This document shows, piece after piece, positions 1 to 11,090 of a stretch of 64,000 bases of DNA; positions within the stretch are counted from its first letter, which is position 1; every line of letters starts with the position of its first letter. Where the stretch lies: NCBI RefSeq assembly GCF_003334815.1, contig NZ_QOWO01000019.1; one strand, written 5' to 3'. Under the pieces are notes generated by a model that was not told where the DNA came from, did not search any database, and saw only the letters and a list, made by a program, of their open reading frames with translations. Made by a program: the position numbers and the translations under genes. This DNA comes from Escherichia coli. GTDB taxonomy: Bacteria; Pseudomonadota; Gammaproteobacteria; Enterobacterales; Enterobacteriaceae.

Positions 1-1172
1 ACGTAAGGCGTTGTTATGAAGGCTTCAGCAAATAAAACATTATTTTCTCGATCTTCACTATAAATAGCGCCAGGTATTATATCCCATCCTCCGGGGCTAA
101 GCTGTGTTCCAGCATGGATATTGTGTGAAACGGTGATCGGAGAAAAATTTAAACCTGTTTGCAAGGTAATAATATTAAGAATGTCCCCCATAACGCCCCG
201 AACCGAGCCATTTTCATCCGTCATAGAATAGGGGGGCGAGTAAGGATTTTCCAGCACCTTTAAATTGGGATGCTGCTTAATCCACTGTTTTTCATGTTCA
301 GTGAGTTCTAATGGTTTGTTCAGAAAGGCCAGGTTTCCTGTATCAAGCCAATTTTGTGATACTTCATAGCGAACTTCATTTGTTAAAGCATCAACAAATC
401 TATTGAGTACTTCATTAAGAATGACAGATTCTTTTCTGGTCAAGAAAAAATTATATTGACGCGGCGAGTTATAATATTTCACTACATTTAAGGAGTGAGT
501 GAAATAGCGGGAAATCATACTGCTGGTAATGATGTTACTACCAATAAAGTAATCATTGTGCCCAGCTGAGACGGATGCTAATGCCTGATATAAATTTGTA
601 AAAGAGATAATTGTTGCTTTTGGAAATGATTGATGAATTACCTCGTCTGGGGGGTAATTTGCTACCCGAGCAATATTTACTGGTTTTGGTGAGGTAAGCG
701 GTCGCATTGAGTCGTGAAGGGTGGTTACCAGCGCCGGAAAGGTAATTATCAATGGTTTGGTTGCAGCAATGTCATTATTAAGAGGCGGCGAAGTAACTAA
801 ATGTGATAACACTATATCGACTTCACCTTCTGCAAGCGCGTCCATTGCTTTTTGATGATCTGCGTATTCCCGGAGTGTTAATTTGATATTTAACGCTCTT
901 TTTAAAAGATTTAAATAATCAGCATTAATACCACGAACCCGTTGCTGCGAATCGGTATGCAACAACGTAGCCGTTTGGGACTTATGTACTGCAATCACAA
1001 GATTTTTTTTGCTCGCTAACCAACGTAATTCCTTGTTGCTCAGACGTAGTGGATCAAGTGTGACACGGTTGTTACTACTGATGCCACGATATTCGATGTA
1101 ATCTTCGTCTGCGAAACTTATGGTCGACCAAAGACCACAACAGAGAAGAAAAATATAGGGTAAAAACTTCAT
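1..1172 (-). CDS. evgS: Sensor histidine kinase EvgS, N-terminal part only (gene continues past window start)
   Basis: Reverse-strand frame starting at ATG 1172 translates MKFLPYIFLLCCGLWSTISFADEDYIEYRGISS..., the known EvgS N-terminus; open to position 1; lies 4 bp downstream of evgA stop as in the evgAS operon. Confidence 0.9.
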   Translation of the reverse strand, partial: MKFLPYIFLLCCGLWSTISFADEDYIEYRGISSNNRVTLDPLRLSNKELRWLASKKNLVIAVHKSQTATLLHTDSQQRVRGINADYLNLLKRALNIKLTLREYADHQKAMDALAEGEVDIVLSHLVTSPPLNNDIAATKPLIITFPALVTTLHDSMRPLTSPKPVNIARVANYPPDEVIHQSFPKATIISFTNLYQALASVSAGHNDYFIGSNIITSSMISRYFTHSLNVVKYYNSPRQYNFFLTRKESVILNEVLNRFVDALTNEVRYEVSQNWLDTGNLAFLNKPLELTEHEKQWIKQHPNLKVLENPYSPPYSMTDENGSVRGVMGDILNIITLQTGLNFSPITVSHNIHAGTQLSPGGWDIIPGAIYSEDRENNVLFAEAFITTPY

Positions 1173-1176
1173 GTGG

Positions 1177-1791
1177 TTAGCCGATTTTGTTACGTTGTGC
1201 GAATGTGTAAAGATCCATCAGTGATTTACATTCTAATTTTTCCATCAGGCGACTTTTATAAGTGCTGACAGTTTTGTTGCTGATGAACATTTTTTCAGCA
1301 ATGTCATTATTATCCTTGCCATCAAGAATATACCGCATGACACTAATTTCTTGTTTCGATAAGGAGTCGAGTTTTTGCTGGTCGGACGTTAAACTTCCAA
1401 CAAACCGGTTGAGAGAGAAGGGGAAATAGCAGTAGCCATTTTTTGCAGCTTCAATAGCCGCAATGATATTGTTCATGCCTTCTTTTTTACTCACGAAACC
1501 ATTAGCGCCAGCATCAGCACAATGTTTCCCGTAAAAATGGTCATTTTTAGCGGAGACGATAATAATAATTCCGCTATATTGGCGCTTCCTCAGCGTTTCT
1601 AACACCTGGATACCGTTAACTCCGGGGATATCGACATCAATGATGACGATATCAGGCTTAAGTGTTTCCACCCGCTGAACGGCACTTCCGCCTTCAGTCA
1701 ACTCTGCTAAGATTTCAATATCGTTTTTGATCAATAAATTACGAATTGCTGCGATAGCAAGAGGATGGTCATCAATAATTATTGCGTTCAT
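1177..1791 (-). CDS. evgA: Response regulator EvgA (NarL/FixJ family)
   Basis: 204-aa ORF MNAIIIDDHPLAIAAIRNLL...; receiver domain plus LuxR-type HTH; sits between evgS and divergent emrK. Confidence 0.95.
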   Translation of the reverse strand: MNAIIIDDHPLAIAAIRNLLIKNDIEILAELTEGGSAVQRVETLKPDIVIIDVDIPGVNGIQVLETLRKRQYSGIIIIVSAKNDHFYGKHCADAGANGFVSKKEGMNNIIAAIEAAKNGYCYFPFSLNRFVGSLTSDQQKLDSLSKQEISVMRYILDGKDNNDIAEKMFISNKTVSTYKSRLMEKLECKSLMDLYTFAQRNKIG

Positions 1792-2015
1792 AGATTATTC
1801 CCTTTGCAATGAAGCATCTCCCTTCTCCCTGTAGTAATACAGACATAAGGCGTCATCTCATTTTCTCAATAAAAATAAGAAAATCTGAGCTTCCTTTAAG
1901 ATAATTCGACAAGTATACCATATAAATAGTCGGCATAAATGAAATGTCAACAATAAAATCAGGGATTGTACCGATGATTTATAGTTTCAAGTTGGCACTA
2001 TAAGTCTTCTTACTA

Positions 2016-2033
2016 ATCCTACAGGCGTAAGAA
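2016..2033 (+). promoter_or_regulatory. Candidate EvgA-binding box in evgA-emrK divergent intergenic region
   Basis: 18-bp ATCCTACAGGCGTAAGAA matches the recalled EvgA consensus TTCYTACA-NN-TGTARGAA with 2 mismatches; about 175 bp upstream of emrK start; a TTCTTAC half-site lies just upstream at 2007-2013. Confidence 0.4.
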
Positions 2034-2206
2034 TTGTATTGCAAAAGCCACGGTTTAGTCCTCTGTTGTTTTTTTTGCACCTCATTTAAATTAGGCCTCC
2101 AACGTTCCTGGGATAATGTGCAACACATGCACTGTGTTTGATATGAAGAATGAATGCTCTTTTCATTCAATTCATAAATTTCATCTATGAGAAATGAGAG
2201 ATAATA

Positions 2207-3370
2207 GTGGAACAGATTAATTCAAATAAAAAACATTCTAACAGAAGAAAATACTTTTCTTTATTGGCGGTAGTTTTATTTATTGCGTTTTCAGGTGCCT
2301 ATGCCTATTGGTCAATGGAATTAGAAGACATGATTAGTACAGATGACGCCTATGTCACGGGGAATGCAGATCCAATTTCTGCACAAGTCTCAGGTAGTGT
2401 CACTGTCGTTAATCATAAAGATACGAACTACGTTCGACAAGGTGACATTTTAGTTTCACTGGATAAAACTGATGCCACTATCGCACTCAATAAAGCTAAA
2501 AATAATCTGGCAAATATTGTTCGGCAAACGAATAAACTATACTTACAGGATAAACAATACAGTGCCGAAGTCGCTTCAGCACGTATTCAGTATCAACAAT
2601 CTTTAGAAGATTATAACCGTCGAGTGCCGTTAGCGAAGCAGGGGGTTATTTCAAAAGAAACGCTGGAGCATACCAAAGATACGTTAATAAGTAGCAAAGC
2701 GGCATTGAATGCCGCTATCCAGGCTTATAAAGCGAATAAAGCTTTAGTAATGAACACACCATTAAACCGTCAGCCACAAGTCGTTGAAGCGGCGGATGCA
2801 ACTAAAGAAGCCTGGTTGGCGCTTAAACGTACGGATATTAAGAGTCCGGTTACCGGCTATATTGCCCAGAGAAGTGTTCAGGTCGGCGAAACAGTGAGCC
2901 CCGGACAATCGTTAATGGCTGTCGTACCGGCACGTCAAATGTGGGTTAATGCCAACTTTAAAGAAACACAACTCACGGATGTACGGATTGGTCAATCGGT
3001 CAATATTATCAGCGATCTTTATGGTGAAAATGTTGTGTTTCATGGTCGGGTGACAGGGATCAATATGGGAACCGGCAATGCGTTCTCCTTATTACCTGCA
3101 CAAAATGCGACAGGGAACTGGATCAAAATCGTTCAGCGTGTACCGGTTGAAGTTTCTCTTGATCCAAAAGAACTCATGGAACACCCCTTGCGTATTGGTT
3201 TATCGATGACAGCAACTATTGATACGAAGAACGAAGACATTGCCGAGATGCCTGAGCTGGCTTCAACCGTGACCTCCATGCCGGCTTATACCAGTAAGGC
3301 TTTAGTTATCGATACCAGTCCGATAGAAAAAGAAATTAGCAACATTATTTCGCATAATGGACAACTTTAA
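2207..3370 (+). CDS. emrK: Multidrug efflux membrane fusion protein EmrK (EmrA paralogue)
   Basis: 387-aa ORF with N-terminal TM helix and HlyD-like periplasmic adaptor sequence; followed by overlapping MFS pump gene. Confidence 0.93.
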   Translation: MEQINSNKKHSNRRKYFSLLAVVLFIAFSGAYAYWSMELEDMISTDDAYVTGNADPISAQVSGSVTVVNHKDTNYVRQGDILVSLDKTDATIALNKAKNNLANIVRQTNKLYLQDKQYSAEVASARIQYQQSLEDYNRRVPLAKQGVISKETLEHTKDTLISSKAALNAAIQAYKANKALVMNTPLNRQPQVVEAADATKEAWLALKRTDIKSPVTGYIAQRSVQVGETVSPGQSLMAVVPARQMWVNANFKETQLTDVRIGQSVNIISDLYGENVVFHGRVTGINMGTGNAFSLLPAQNATGNWIKIVQRVPVEVSLDPKELMEHPLRIGLSMTATIDTKNEDIAEMPELASTVTSMPAYTSKALVIDTSPIEKEISNIISHNGQL

Positions 3371-4908
3371 TGGCAATCACTAAATCAACTCCGGCACCAT
3401 TAACCGGTGGGACGTTATGGTGCGTCACTATTGCATTGTCATTAGCGACATTTATGCAAATGTTGGATTCCACTATTTCTAACGTCGCAATACCGACAAT
3501 ATCTGGCTTTCTGGGAGCATCAACAGACGAAGGCACCTGGGTTATCACCTCGTTTGGTGTAGCAAATGCCATTGCGATCCCTGTTACTGGCAGGTTGGCA
3601 CAAAGAATAGGCGAATTAAGATTATTTTTACTTTCAGTCACTTTTTTTTCGCTGTCTTCATTAATGTGTAGCCTATCGACCAATCTTGATGTGCTGATAT
3701 TTTTTAGAGTCGTTCAGGGGTTAATGGCGGGGCCGTTAATTCCACTGTCACAGAGTTTATTATTAAGGAATTATCCGCCAGAAAAAAGAACATTTGCTCT
3801 GGCATTATGGTCAATGACCGTGATTATCGCTCCGATATGTGGGCCGATATTGGGCGGTTATATTTGTGATAACTTTAGCTGGGGTTGGATATTTTTAATC
3901 AATGTCCCTATGGGGATTATCGTCCTGACATTATGCTTAACCTTACTTAAAGGAAGAGAAACTGAGACTTCACCGGTCAAAATGAATCTACCAGGACTGA
4001 CCCTGTTAGTGCTCGGTGTTGGTGGCTTGCAAATTATGCTTGATAAAGGGCGCGATCTGGATTGGTTCAACTCGAGTACAATAATAATATTAACAGTAGT
4101 ATCAGTTATTTCTCTGATCTCTTTAGTCATTTGGGAGTCGACCTCAGAGAACCCGATTCTTGATCTCAGTTTGTTTAAGTCCCGTAACTTCACCATTGGT
4201 ATTGTGAGTATCACATGCGCGTATTTATTTTACTCTGGAGCGATCGTCCTTATGCCGCAGTTACTCCAGGAAACGATGGGGTATAATGCGATATGGGCCG
4301 GACTTGCTTATGCGCCCATCGGCATCATGCCACTATTAATTTCACCTTTGATAGGACGTTATGGCAACAAAATAGACATGCGGTTGTTAGTGACATTTAG
4401 TTTTTTGATGTATGCGGTTTGCTATTACTGGCGTTCTGTGACATTTATGCCAACGATTGATTTTACAGGCATCATTTTGCCGCAGTTTTTTCAGGGATTC
4501 GCCGTTGCCTGTTTCTTTTTACCCTTAACAACGATTTCGTTTTCAGGCTTGCCAGATAATAAATTTGCCAATGCCTCGAGTATGAGTAATTTTTTTCGTA
4601 CCTTGTCAGGATCAGTTGGTACGTCGTTGACAATGACGCTGTGGGGACGACGCGAATCGTTACACCATAGTCAGTTGACAGCAACCATCGATCAATTTAA
4701 CCCCGTGTTTAATTCATCGTCACAAATTATGGATAAATATTATGGTTCGCTTTCAGGAGTTCTTAATGAAATTAATAATGAAATAACCCAGCAGTCACTT
4801 TCTATTTCTGCAAATGAGATTTTCCGTATGGCGGCTATTGCTTTTATCTTACTTACGGTTTTGGTTTGGTTTGCGAAACCGCCGTTTACAGCGAAAGGCG
4901 TTGGGTGA
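3370..4908 (+). CDS. emrY: Multidrug efflux MFS transporter EmrY (EmrB paralogue)
   Basis: 512-aa polytopic membrane ORF; start overlaps emrK stop by 1 nt (TAATG), consistent with translational coupling. Confidence 0.93.
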   Translation: MAITKSTPAPLTGGTLWCVTIALSLATFMQMLDSTISNVAIPTISGFLGASTDEGTWVITSFGVANAIAIPVTGRLAQRIGELRLFLLSVTFFSLSSLMCSLSTNLDVLIFFRVVQGLMAGPLIPLSQSLLLRNYPPEKRTFALALWSMTVIIAPICGPILGGYICDNFSWGWIFLINVPMGIIVLTLCLTLLKGRETETSPVKMNLPGLTLLVLGVGGLQIMLDKGRDLDWFNSSTIIILTVVSVISLISLVIWESTSENPILDLSLFKSRNFTIGIVSITCAYLFYSGAIVLMPQLLQETMGYNAIWAGLAYAPIGIMPLLISPLIGRYGNKIDMRLLVTFSFLMYAVCYYWRSVTFMPTIDFTGIILPQFFQGFAVACFFLPLTTISFSGLPDNKFANASSMSNFFRTLSGSVGTSLTMTLWGRRESLHHSQLTATIDQFNPVFNSSSQIMDKYYGSLSGVLNEINNEITQQSLSISANEIFRMAAIAFILLTVLVWFAKPPFTAKGVG

Positions 4909-5015
4909 TGATAAAAGGAGGGGGTTATAGCGGGTAAGACCGGGGATCTTAAGTCTGCGCCATCGGCAGCATCGCTCACCCAGGGAAAGGATTGCGATGC
5001 TGCGTTGAAACGTTA

Positions 5016-6344
5016 TTAACGGCCTTTTGCCAGATATTGATTCATCTCTTCTTCCGGCACCATTCCACCTCCCGTCGCCCACACCAGATGAGTGGTATTA
5101 CGCAGTTGTTCTGCGCTGAAACCGTGCATCTGTTGGTAACTTACTGATGCACACACGCGCTGAGGTCCGGCCATACCCGCCAGTGCCGAAGGTTCAAGAC
5201 GAATACCTTCTTCCTGCGCCAGCCAGCCAAGCATGTCATACATGGTTTGATCGCTAAGGGTATAGAAGCCATCCAGCAGACGCTCCATTGCCCGCCCGAC
5301 AAAGCCTGATGCGCGACCAACTGCAAGGCCATCCGCTGCGGTAAGGTTGTCGATACCAATATCCTGAACAGAAATCTGATCGTGTAATCCTGTATGGACG
5401 CCTAACAACATACAAGGGGAGTGCGTTGGTTCGGCAAAAAAGCAGTGAACATGATCGCCAAACGCCAGTTTAAGCCCGAATGCGACGCCACCAGGACCAC
5501 CGCCAACACCACACGGCAGATAGACAAACAGAGGGTTATCAGCATCGACGATACGGCCTTGCTGGGCAAATTGCGCTTTAAGACGCTGGCCAGCGACGGA
5601 ATACCCAAGGAACAACGTGCGGGAATTTTCGTCATCAATAAAGAAACAGTTCGGGTCAGACTGCGCTGCTTTACGTCCTTCCTCGACGGCAACACCATAA
5701 TCTTGCTCATATTCCACGACCGTAACGCCATGGCTGCGCAGTTTCGCTTTTTTCCATGCCCGGGCATCAGCAGACATATGAACTGTCACCTTAAAGCCAA
5801 TGCGGGCGCTCATAATGCCGATTGATAACCCCAGATTTCCGGTTGAGCCCACAGCAATGCTGTATTGGCTAAAGAACTGTTTAAACTCCGGAGAAAGCAG
5901 TTTGCTGTAGTCATCATCAAGCGTCAGCAACCCCGCTTCCAGAGCCAGTTTTTCTGCGTGTGCCAGGACTTCATAAATCCCGCCGCGTGCTTTTATGGAG
6001 CCGGAAATGGGCAAATGGCTATCTTTTTTCAGTAACAGTTGCCCGCTGATCGGTTGCTGATATTCTTTTTCCAGCCGTTTTTGCATAGCTGGAATGGCAA
6101 CCAGTTCTGATTCAATAATCCCCCCAGTGGCAGCAGTTTCAGGAAATGCTTTTGCCAGATAGGGTGCAAAACGGGATAAGCGCGCATGGGCGTCCTGAAC
6201 ATCCTGTTCGGTCAGGCCAACATAAGGTAAACCTTCAGCCAATGAGGTCGTGCCAGGATTAAACCAGGTGGTTTCTTTAAGAGCAACCAGATCCTTTACC
6301 AACGGATACTGGGCGATGAGCGAGTTCATTTTAGCGTTTTCCAT
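5016..6344 (-). CDS. dsdA: D-serine dehydratase (D-serine ammonia-lyase)
   Basis: 442-aa [34 protein letters not shown]..., PLP-dependent fold; downstream of dsdX. Confidence 0.95.
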   Translation of the reverse strand: MENAKMNSLIAQYPLVKDLVALKETTWFNPGTTSLAEGLPYVGLTEQDVQDAHARLSRFAPYLAKAFPETAATGGIIESELVAIPAMQKRLEKEYQQPISGQLLLKKDSHLPISGSIKARGGIYEVLAHAEKLALEAGLLTLDDDYSKLLSPEFKQFFSQYSIAVGSTGNLGLSIGIMSARIGFKVTVHMSADARAWKKAKLRSHGVTVVEYEQDYGVAVEEGRKAAQSDPNCFFIDDENSRTLFLGYSVAGQRLKAQFAQQGRIVDADNPLFVYLPCGVGGGPGGVAFGLKLAFGDHVHCFFAEPTHSPCMLLGVHTGLHDQISVQDIGIDNLTAADGLAVGRASGFVGRAMERLLDGFYTLSDQTMYDMLGWLAQEEGIRLEPSALAGMAGPQRVCASVSYQQMHGFSAEQLRNTTHLVWATGGGMVPEEEMNQYLAKGR

Positions 6345-6361
6345 AGTACGTCTCTTTGCGC

Positions 6362-7699
6362 TTAGATGATAAATGACAGCAGGAATGTGCCCGCCAGAGC
6401 GACGACTGAAGCGATAAATGTCGCTGTCGTATAGTATTTAAATGTTTCATTGAGCGTAGCGCCGCAATATTGCTTCACTAGCCAGAAAAGCGAGTCCGTA
6501 ACGATAGTGCAGCCAATTGCACCTGAACCGATAGCAATCGCAATAATTTCCGGGCTGATGTCGGGATACAGCGGCAGCATGGGTGCAACAATTGCCGTTG
6601 CCCCCATCATTGCCACGGTAGCGGAGCCCACTGCCGCATGCAGAATAAGAGCCACTAACCAGGCCAGAAGAATCGGGTGCATATGCATATTGGAGAGAAT
6701 AACTGCCAGCGTATCAGCGAGACTGCTGCTTTTTAAAATGGCGTTGAATGCGCCTCCGGCCCCGATAATCAGCAAAATATTAGCAATAGAACCGAAGCCA
6801 TTTTCCGTATGTGTGAGCATCGTCCCCATGCTCATATGCTGGCGTATACCCAACACATAATAGGCGACAAACACGGCGATAAACATGGCAGTGATAGGGT
6901 TGCCAATAAACTCAACCAAGATATACAAACCACTCTCACGCGCCATATTCAATTCGGCAATCGTTTTAACCAACATCAGCGCAATGGGTAGCAGTATGGT
7001 GAATAACGTTGCGCCTAATGACGGTAGTGTTTTTTCATCGCGAACTTTGAGATCTGCAAACTCTGTGGGTACAGGTTTAAAGGGCAGTCGTTGACCCAGA
7101 AATTTAAGGAAAAGTGGGCCACCGATCAGTGATGCCATCAGCCCAACCAGCAAACCGTAGACGATCACCGAACCGATATCTGCGCCCAGCTTATTGGCAA
7201 CATATAAAGCAGCCGGATGTGGAGGAACCACGCAGTGCACTGCCATCAATGCGGTACATAGCGGAATGGCAAGCTTTAATAATGAGGTATTGGTTTTTTT
7301 GGCAATTGAAAAAGCCAGAGGAATCAATAGCACGACGCCCACTTCAACAAACAGCGTGATGCCACAAATCAGGCCAACCAGCACCATAATGACATCAACT
7401 GAAAGCCAGCGGCAGCGTTGAAGTGTCAGACCAATTCTTTCTGCGGCCCCGGATACTTCCATCATTTTTCCCAGTATCGTGCCAAGGCCGATAACCGCTG
7501 CGAGGAACCCCAGCGTTCCGCCAATTCCACTTTCAATAGCATTTACCATATCCAGTGGCCCCATGCCCATCATCGTTCCCACGAAGAAGCTGGCCAGCAA
7601 CAGCGCCAGAAACGGGTGGAATTTGAACTTCACGATGGTCAGTACAATTAACACGATGCTGATAAGCAGCGTGCTCACAACCCAGATTTGAGAGTGCAT
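6362..7699 (-). CDS. dsdX: D-serine transporter DsdX (GntP family permease)
   Basis: 445-aa polytopic membrane ORF of gluconate-permease type immediately upstream of dsdA. Confidence 0.93.
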   Translation of the reverse strand: MHSQIWVVSTLLISIVLIVLTIVKFKFHPFLALLLASFFVGTMMGMGPLDMVNAIESGIGGTLGFLAAVIGLGTILGKMMEVSGAAERIGLTLQRCRWLSVDVIMVLVGLICGITLFVEVGVVLLIPLAFSIAKKTNTSLLKLAIPLCTALMAVHCVVPPHPAALYVANKLGADIGSVIVYGLLVGLMASLIGGPLFLKFLGQRLPFKPVPTEFADLKVRDEKTLPSLGATLFTILLPIALMLVKTIAELNMARESGLYILVEFIGNPITAMFIAVFVAYYVLGIRQHMSMGTMLTHTENGFGSIANILLIIGAGGAFNAILKSSSLADTLAVILSNMHMHPILLAWLVALILHAAVGSATVAMMGATAIVAPMLPLYPDISPEIIAIAIGSGAIGCTIVTDSLFWLVKQYCGATLNETFKYYTTATFIASVVALAGTFLLSFII

Positions 7700-7916
7700 A
7701 TCTCACCTTCCCCTGTGATTAACCTGATGATATTGGACAAAAAAACAACGCAGGCTGACAAACGATAAAATTTGCCTTTCACATGAGGTAAATTGCATCA
7801 ATGGAGTGATTTACATCTAAAAATGAAGGTGAATTGAGATATGGTTCACTTTAGCTCATCTCATAGCTGAAATTTTGCCGCTATTTTTTTACACTTAAGC
7901 GAAAAATGAGGTGATT

Positions 7917-8852
7917 ATGGAACCCCTTCGTGAAATAAGAAATCGGCTGCTTAACGGCTGGCAATTATCAAAAATGCATACTTTTGAAGTGGCTGCCAGG
8001 CATCAGTCCTTCGCCCTGGCGGCAGAGGAATTGTCGCTGAGCCCCAGTGCGGTAAGTCACCGTATCAATCAGCTGGAAGAAGAATTGGGCATTCAGTTGT
8101 TTGTTCGTTCCCATCGCAAAGTGGAATTAACGCACGAGGGGAAACGTGTTTATTGGGCGCTAAAATCGTCGCTGGATACCCTGAACCAGGAAATTCTTGA
8201 TATCAAAAATCAGGAGTTATCGGGAACGTTAACTCTGTATTCCCGGCCCTCTATCGCCCAATGCTGGTTGGTGCCCGCATTAGGTGACTTTACACGCCGG
8301 TATCCGTCTATTTCGCTCACCGTGCTCACTGGTAATGACAACGTCAATCTGCAACGTGCCGGAATCGATTTGGCGATCTACTTTGATGATGCGCCGTCAG
8401 CGCAACTCACTCATCACTTTCTGATGGATGAAGAAATCCTGCCAGTATGTAGCCCGGAATACGCTCAAAGACATGCTTTAACCAACACGGTAATTAACCT
8501 GTGTCACTGTACGTTGCTCCATGACAGACAGGCATGGAGCAACGACTCCGGTACGGATGAATGGCATAGTTGGGCGCAACATTATGCGGTTAATTTGCCG
8601 ACATCTTCTGGAATTGGCTTTGATCGTTCTGATTTAGCTGTTATTGCCGCGATGAATCATATTGGGGTGGCGATGGGAAGAAAACGCCTGGTACAAAAAA
8701 GGCTTGCCAGTGGTGAGCTCGTCGCGCCGTTTGGCGATATGACGGTGAAATGCCATCAGCATTATTACATCACCACATTACCGGGCAGGCAGTGGCCAAA
8801 AATTGAAGCGTTTATTATCTGGCTAAGAGAACAGGTAAAAACCACTTCATAA
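7917..8852 (+). CDS. dsdC: LysR-type transcriptional activator DsdC
   Basis: ORF with N-terminal LysR HTH (HTFEVAARHQSFALAAEELSLSPSAVSHRINQLEEELG); divergent from dsdXA; start set at MEPLREIRNR (ORF track begins 2 codons earlier at 7911). Confidence 0.9.
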   Translation: MEPLREIRNRLLNGWQLSKMHTFEVAARHQSFALAAEELSLSPSAVSHRINQLEEELGIQLFVRSHRKVELTHEGKRVYWALKSSLDTLNQEILDIKNQELSGTLTLYSRPSIAQCWLVPALGDFTRRYPSISLTVLTGNDNVNLQRAGIDLAIYFDDAPSAQLTHHFLMDEEILPVCSPEYAQRHALTNTVINLCHCTLLHDRQAWSNDSGTDEWHSWAQHYAVNLPTSSGIGFDRSDLAVIAAMNHIGVAMGRKRLVQKRLASGELVAPFGDMTVKCHQHYYITTLPGRQWPKIEAFIIWLREQVKTTS

Positions 8853-8946
8853 TGAATAAAACCACGAGTTCCTGGTGTGCCTTATTCGGCCTGCTAGTTC
8901 GAATTTAATTTACGGTTTTTATGTGGTTTTAGGGATAAACACAAGG

Positions 8947-9021
8947 ATGGTGTCCCCTGCAGGAATCGAACCTGCAATTAGCCCTTAGGAGGGGCTCGTT
9001 ATATCCATTTAACTAAGAGGA
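8947..9021 (-). tRNA. argW: tRNA-Arg (anticodon CCU)
   Basis: Reverse complement reads GTCCTCTTAGTTAAATGGATATAACGAGCCCCTCCTAAGGGCTAATTGCAGGTTCGATTCCTGCAGGGGACACCA: cloverleaf, anticodon loop CUCCUAA, T-loop GGTTCGATTCC, 3-prime CCA encoded. Confidence 0.93.
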
Positions 9022-9097
9022 CAATGCGGCATGAGTATACCCGCTAATGGAGTGCGGGGTAAGTACGCTGCCGCTCGATTGCTTAAACCCTCGCCAT

Positions 9098-10030
9098 TTA
9101 TGCCGGGTTTTTATAATTTTTCTTAATGTTTTCCGCACGTTCTGCTTTTTGGCGTGCTTCTGCTTTACGCTTATTGCTCATGTCGTTACGAATCTGTGCA
9201 TGACTCATTAACGCGAAGATAAAGGTGCCGCCGCAGATGTTCCCCGCTAAAGTAGGTAGTGCGAAGGGCCAGATGAAATCGCTCCAGTGCAGCGTACCGT
9301 TAAACACCAGATAGAGGATTTCAACAGAACCGACCACGATATGGGTGGTGTCACCCAGGGCAATAAGCCAGGTCATCAATATAATCACCACAATCTTTGC
9401 CGCACCCGCTGCAGGAAACATCCAAACCATAGTGGCGATCAGCCAGCCGGAAATGATCGCGTTGGCAAACATCTCGCTGGGGGTGTTCTTCATCACATCC
9501 ATGCCGATTTTGACAAATGCATCGCGAGTTTCTTCATTGAAGATAGGCATATATTCAAATGCCCACGCCGCAATACCTGTCCCGAGAATATTACCCAGCA
9601 GCACGACGCCCCATAACCGTATAAGTAAGCCGACGTTGCTCATTGTCGGTTTTTGCATGACGGGTAGTACCGCAGTCACGGTATTTTCGGTAAATAATTG
9701 CTGGCGGGCCATAATGACGATAATAAAACCAAAGGTATAACCGAGATTCTCCAGCAAGAAGCTGCCCGGCACACCTTCCAGTTCGACTTGAAATATCCCT
9801 TTTGCCAGTAACGAAGCGCCCATCGACAGACCCGCCGCAATGGCTGACCACAGTAGCGCCATTGCGTCGCGTTCCAGCTCTTTTTCACCATCCTGGCGGA
9901 TATGCTCATGAATTGCCATCGCCCGGGAGGGGAGTCGGTCTTCATCTATTTCTATTTTTTTGCCGCGCTCTTTTTCTTCGCTCTCAACTTCAATTTCGTC
10001 GCTGTGTTGATCAATTTTGTCGTTGTCCAT
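9098..10030 (-). CDS. yfdC: Inner membrane protein YfdC, formate/nitrite transporter (FNT) family
   Basis: 310-aa ORF with acidic N-terminus and FNT-like TM core; located between argW and mlaA. Confidence 0.9.
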   Translation of the reverse strand: MDNDKIDQHSDEIEVESEEKERGKKIEIDEDRLPSRAMAIHEHIRQDGEKELERDAMALLWSAIAAGLSMGASLLAKGIFQVELEGVPGSFLLENLGYTFGFIIVIMARQQLFTENTVTAVLPVMQKPTMSNVGLLIRLWGVVLLGNILGTGIAAWAFEYMPIFNEETRDAFVKIGMDVMKNTPSEMFANAIISGWLIATMVWMFPAAGAAKIVVIILMTWLIALGDTTHIVVGSVEILYLVFNGTLHWSDFIWPFALPTLAGNICGGTFIFALMSHAQIRNDMSNKRKAEARQKAERAENIKKNYKNPA

Positions 10031-10323
10031 GGTCTCTTCTCTTGAATTAGCACGTATAGCTAAAGCGTAGCGGCTTTTTTGCTCGCAACTGACGGGAGTT
10101 ACTCTGAAAATGTAGAAAAGGCTGCGTTTGCCTTTTTCTGTTTCTATAGAATCAAGTAGCCTACAGGGCGGCGATTACCAGGCTATGATCAAATCAGCAA
10201 ATCAGGGCGTCTGGACATCAGTTGACGTGCTGTTACAATCGCCCACACCTAAACAGGCGGATACGGTATCGTTCCGTCATGGATGGCAAACTGCATAAGC
10301 CATAAAAAAACAGGGAGACATTT

Positions 10324-11079
10324 ATGAAGCTTCGCCTGTCGGCGCTTGCTCTGGGAACTACGCTTCTGGTGGGGTGTGCGAGTTCCGGTACAGATCAGCA
10401 AGGGCGTTCTGACCCGTTAGAAGGGTTCAACCGCACCATGTACAACTTCAACTTCAATGTATTAGACCCGTATATTGTTCGACCGGTCGCTGTCGCCTGG
10501 CGTGATTATGTTCCGCAACCGGCGCGTAACGGTTTGAGCAACTTTACTGGCAACCTTGAAGAACCTGCGGTGATGGTTAACTACTTCTTGCAGGGCGACC
10601 CTTATCAGGGGATGGTCCACTTTACCCGCTTTTTCCTGAACACCATTTTGGGGATGGGCGGTTTTATTGATGTTGCAGGGATGGCGAACCCGAAACTGCA
10701 ACGGACTGAACCTCACCGCTTCGGTAGTACGCTTGGTCATTATGGCGTGGGTTATGGGCCTTACGTTCAGTTACCGTTCTACGGTAGCTTCACGCTGCGT
10801 GATGACGGTGGTGATATGGCGGATGGTCTTTACCCGGTTCTTTCCTGGCTGACCTGGCCGATGTCTGTGGGTAAATGGACGCTTGAAGGGATCGAAACCC
10901 GCGCTCAGCTGCTGGATTCCGATGGTCTGCTGCGTCAGTCGTCCGATCCTTATATTATGGTGCGCGAAGCGTACTTCCAGCGTCATGATTTCATCGCTAA
11001 TGGCGGCGAACTCAAACCGCAGGAAAATCCGAACGCACAAGCGATTCAGGATGATTTAAAAGATATTGATTCTGAATAA
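10324..11079 (+). CDS. mlaA: Outer-membrane lipoprotein MlaA (VacJ), phospholipid asymmetry maintenance
   Basis: 251-aa ORF with lipoprotein signal MKLRLSALALGTTLLVGC (lipobox LVGC) and MlaA/VacJ family sequence. Confidence 0.93.
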   Translation: MKLRLSALALGTTLLVGCASSGTDQQGRSDPLEGFNRTMYNFNFNVLDPYIVRPVAVAWRDYVPQPARNGLSNFTGNLEEPAVMVNYFLQGDPYQGMVHFTRFFLNTILGMGGFIDVAGMANPKLQRTEPHRFGSTLGHYGVGYGPYVQLPFYGSFTLRDDGGDMADGLYPVLSWLTWPMSVGKWTLEGIETRAQLLDSDGLLRQSSDPYIMVREAYFQRHDFIANGGELKPQENPNAQAIQDDLKDIDSE

Positions 11080-11090
11080 GAAACAAATAA

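Noticed and set aside
1979-2170. 63-aa ORF on the minus strand in the evgA-emrK intergenic region
   Set aside because: Lies within the AT-rich regulatory region, has no recognisable RBS or conserved sequence, and overlaps the candidate EvgA box; most likely spurious.
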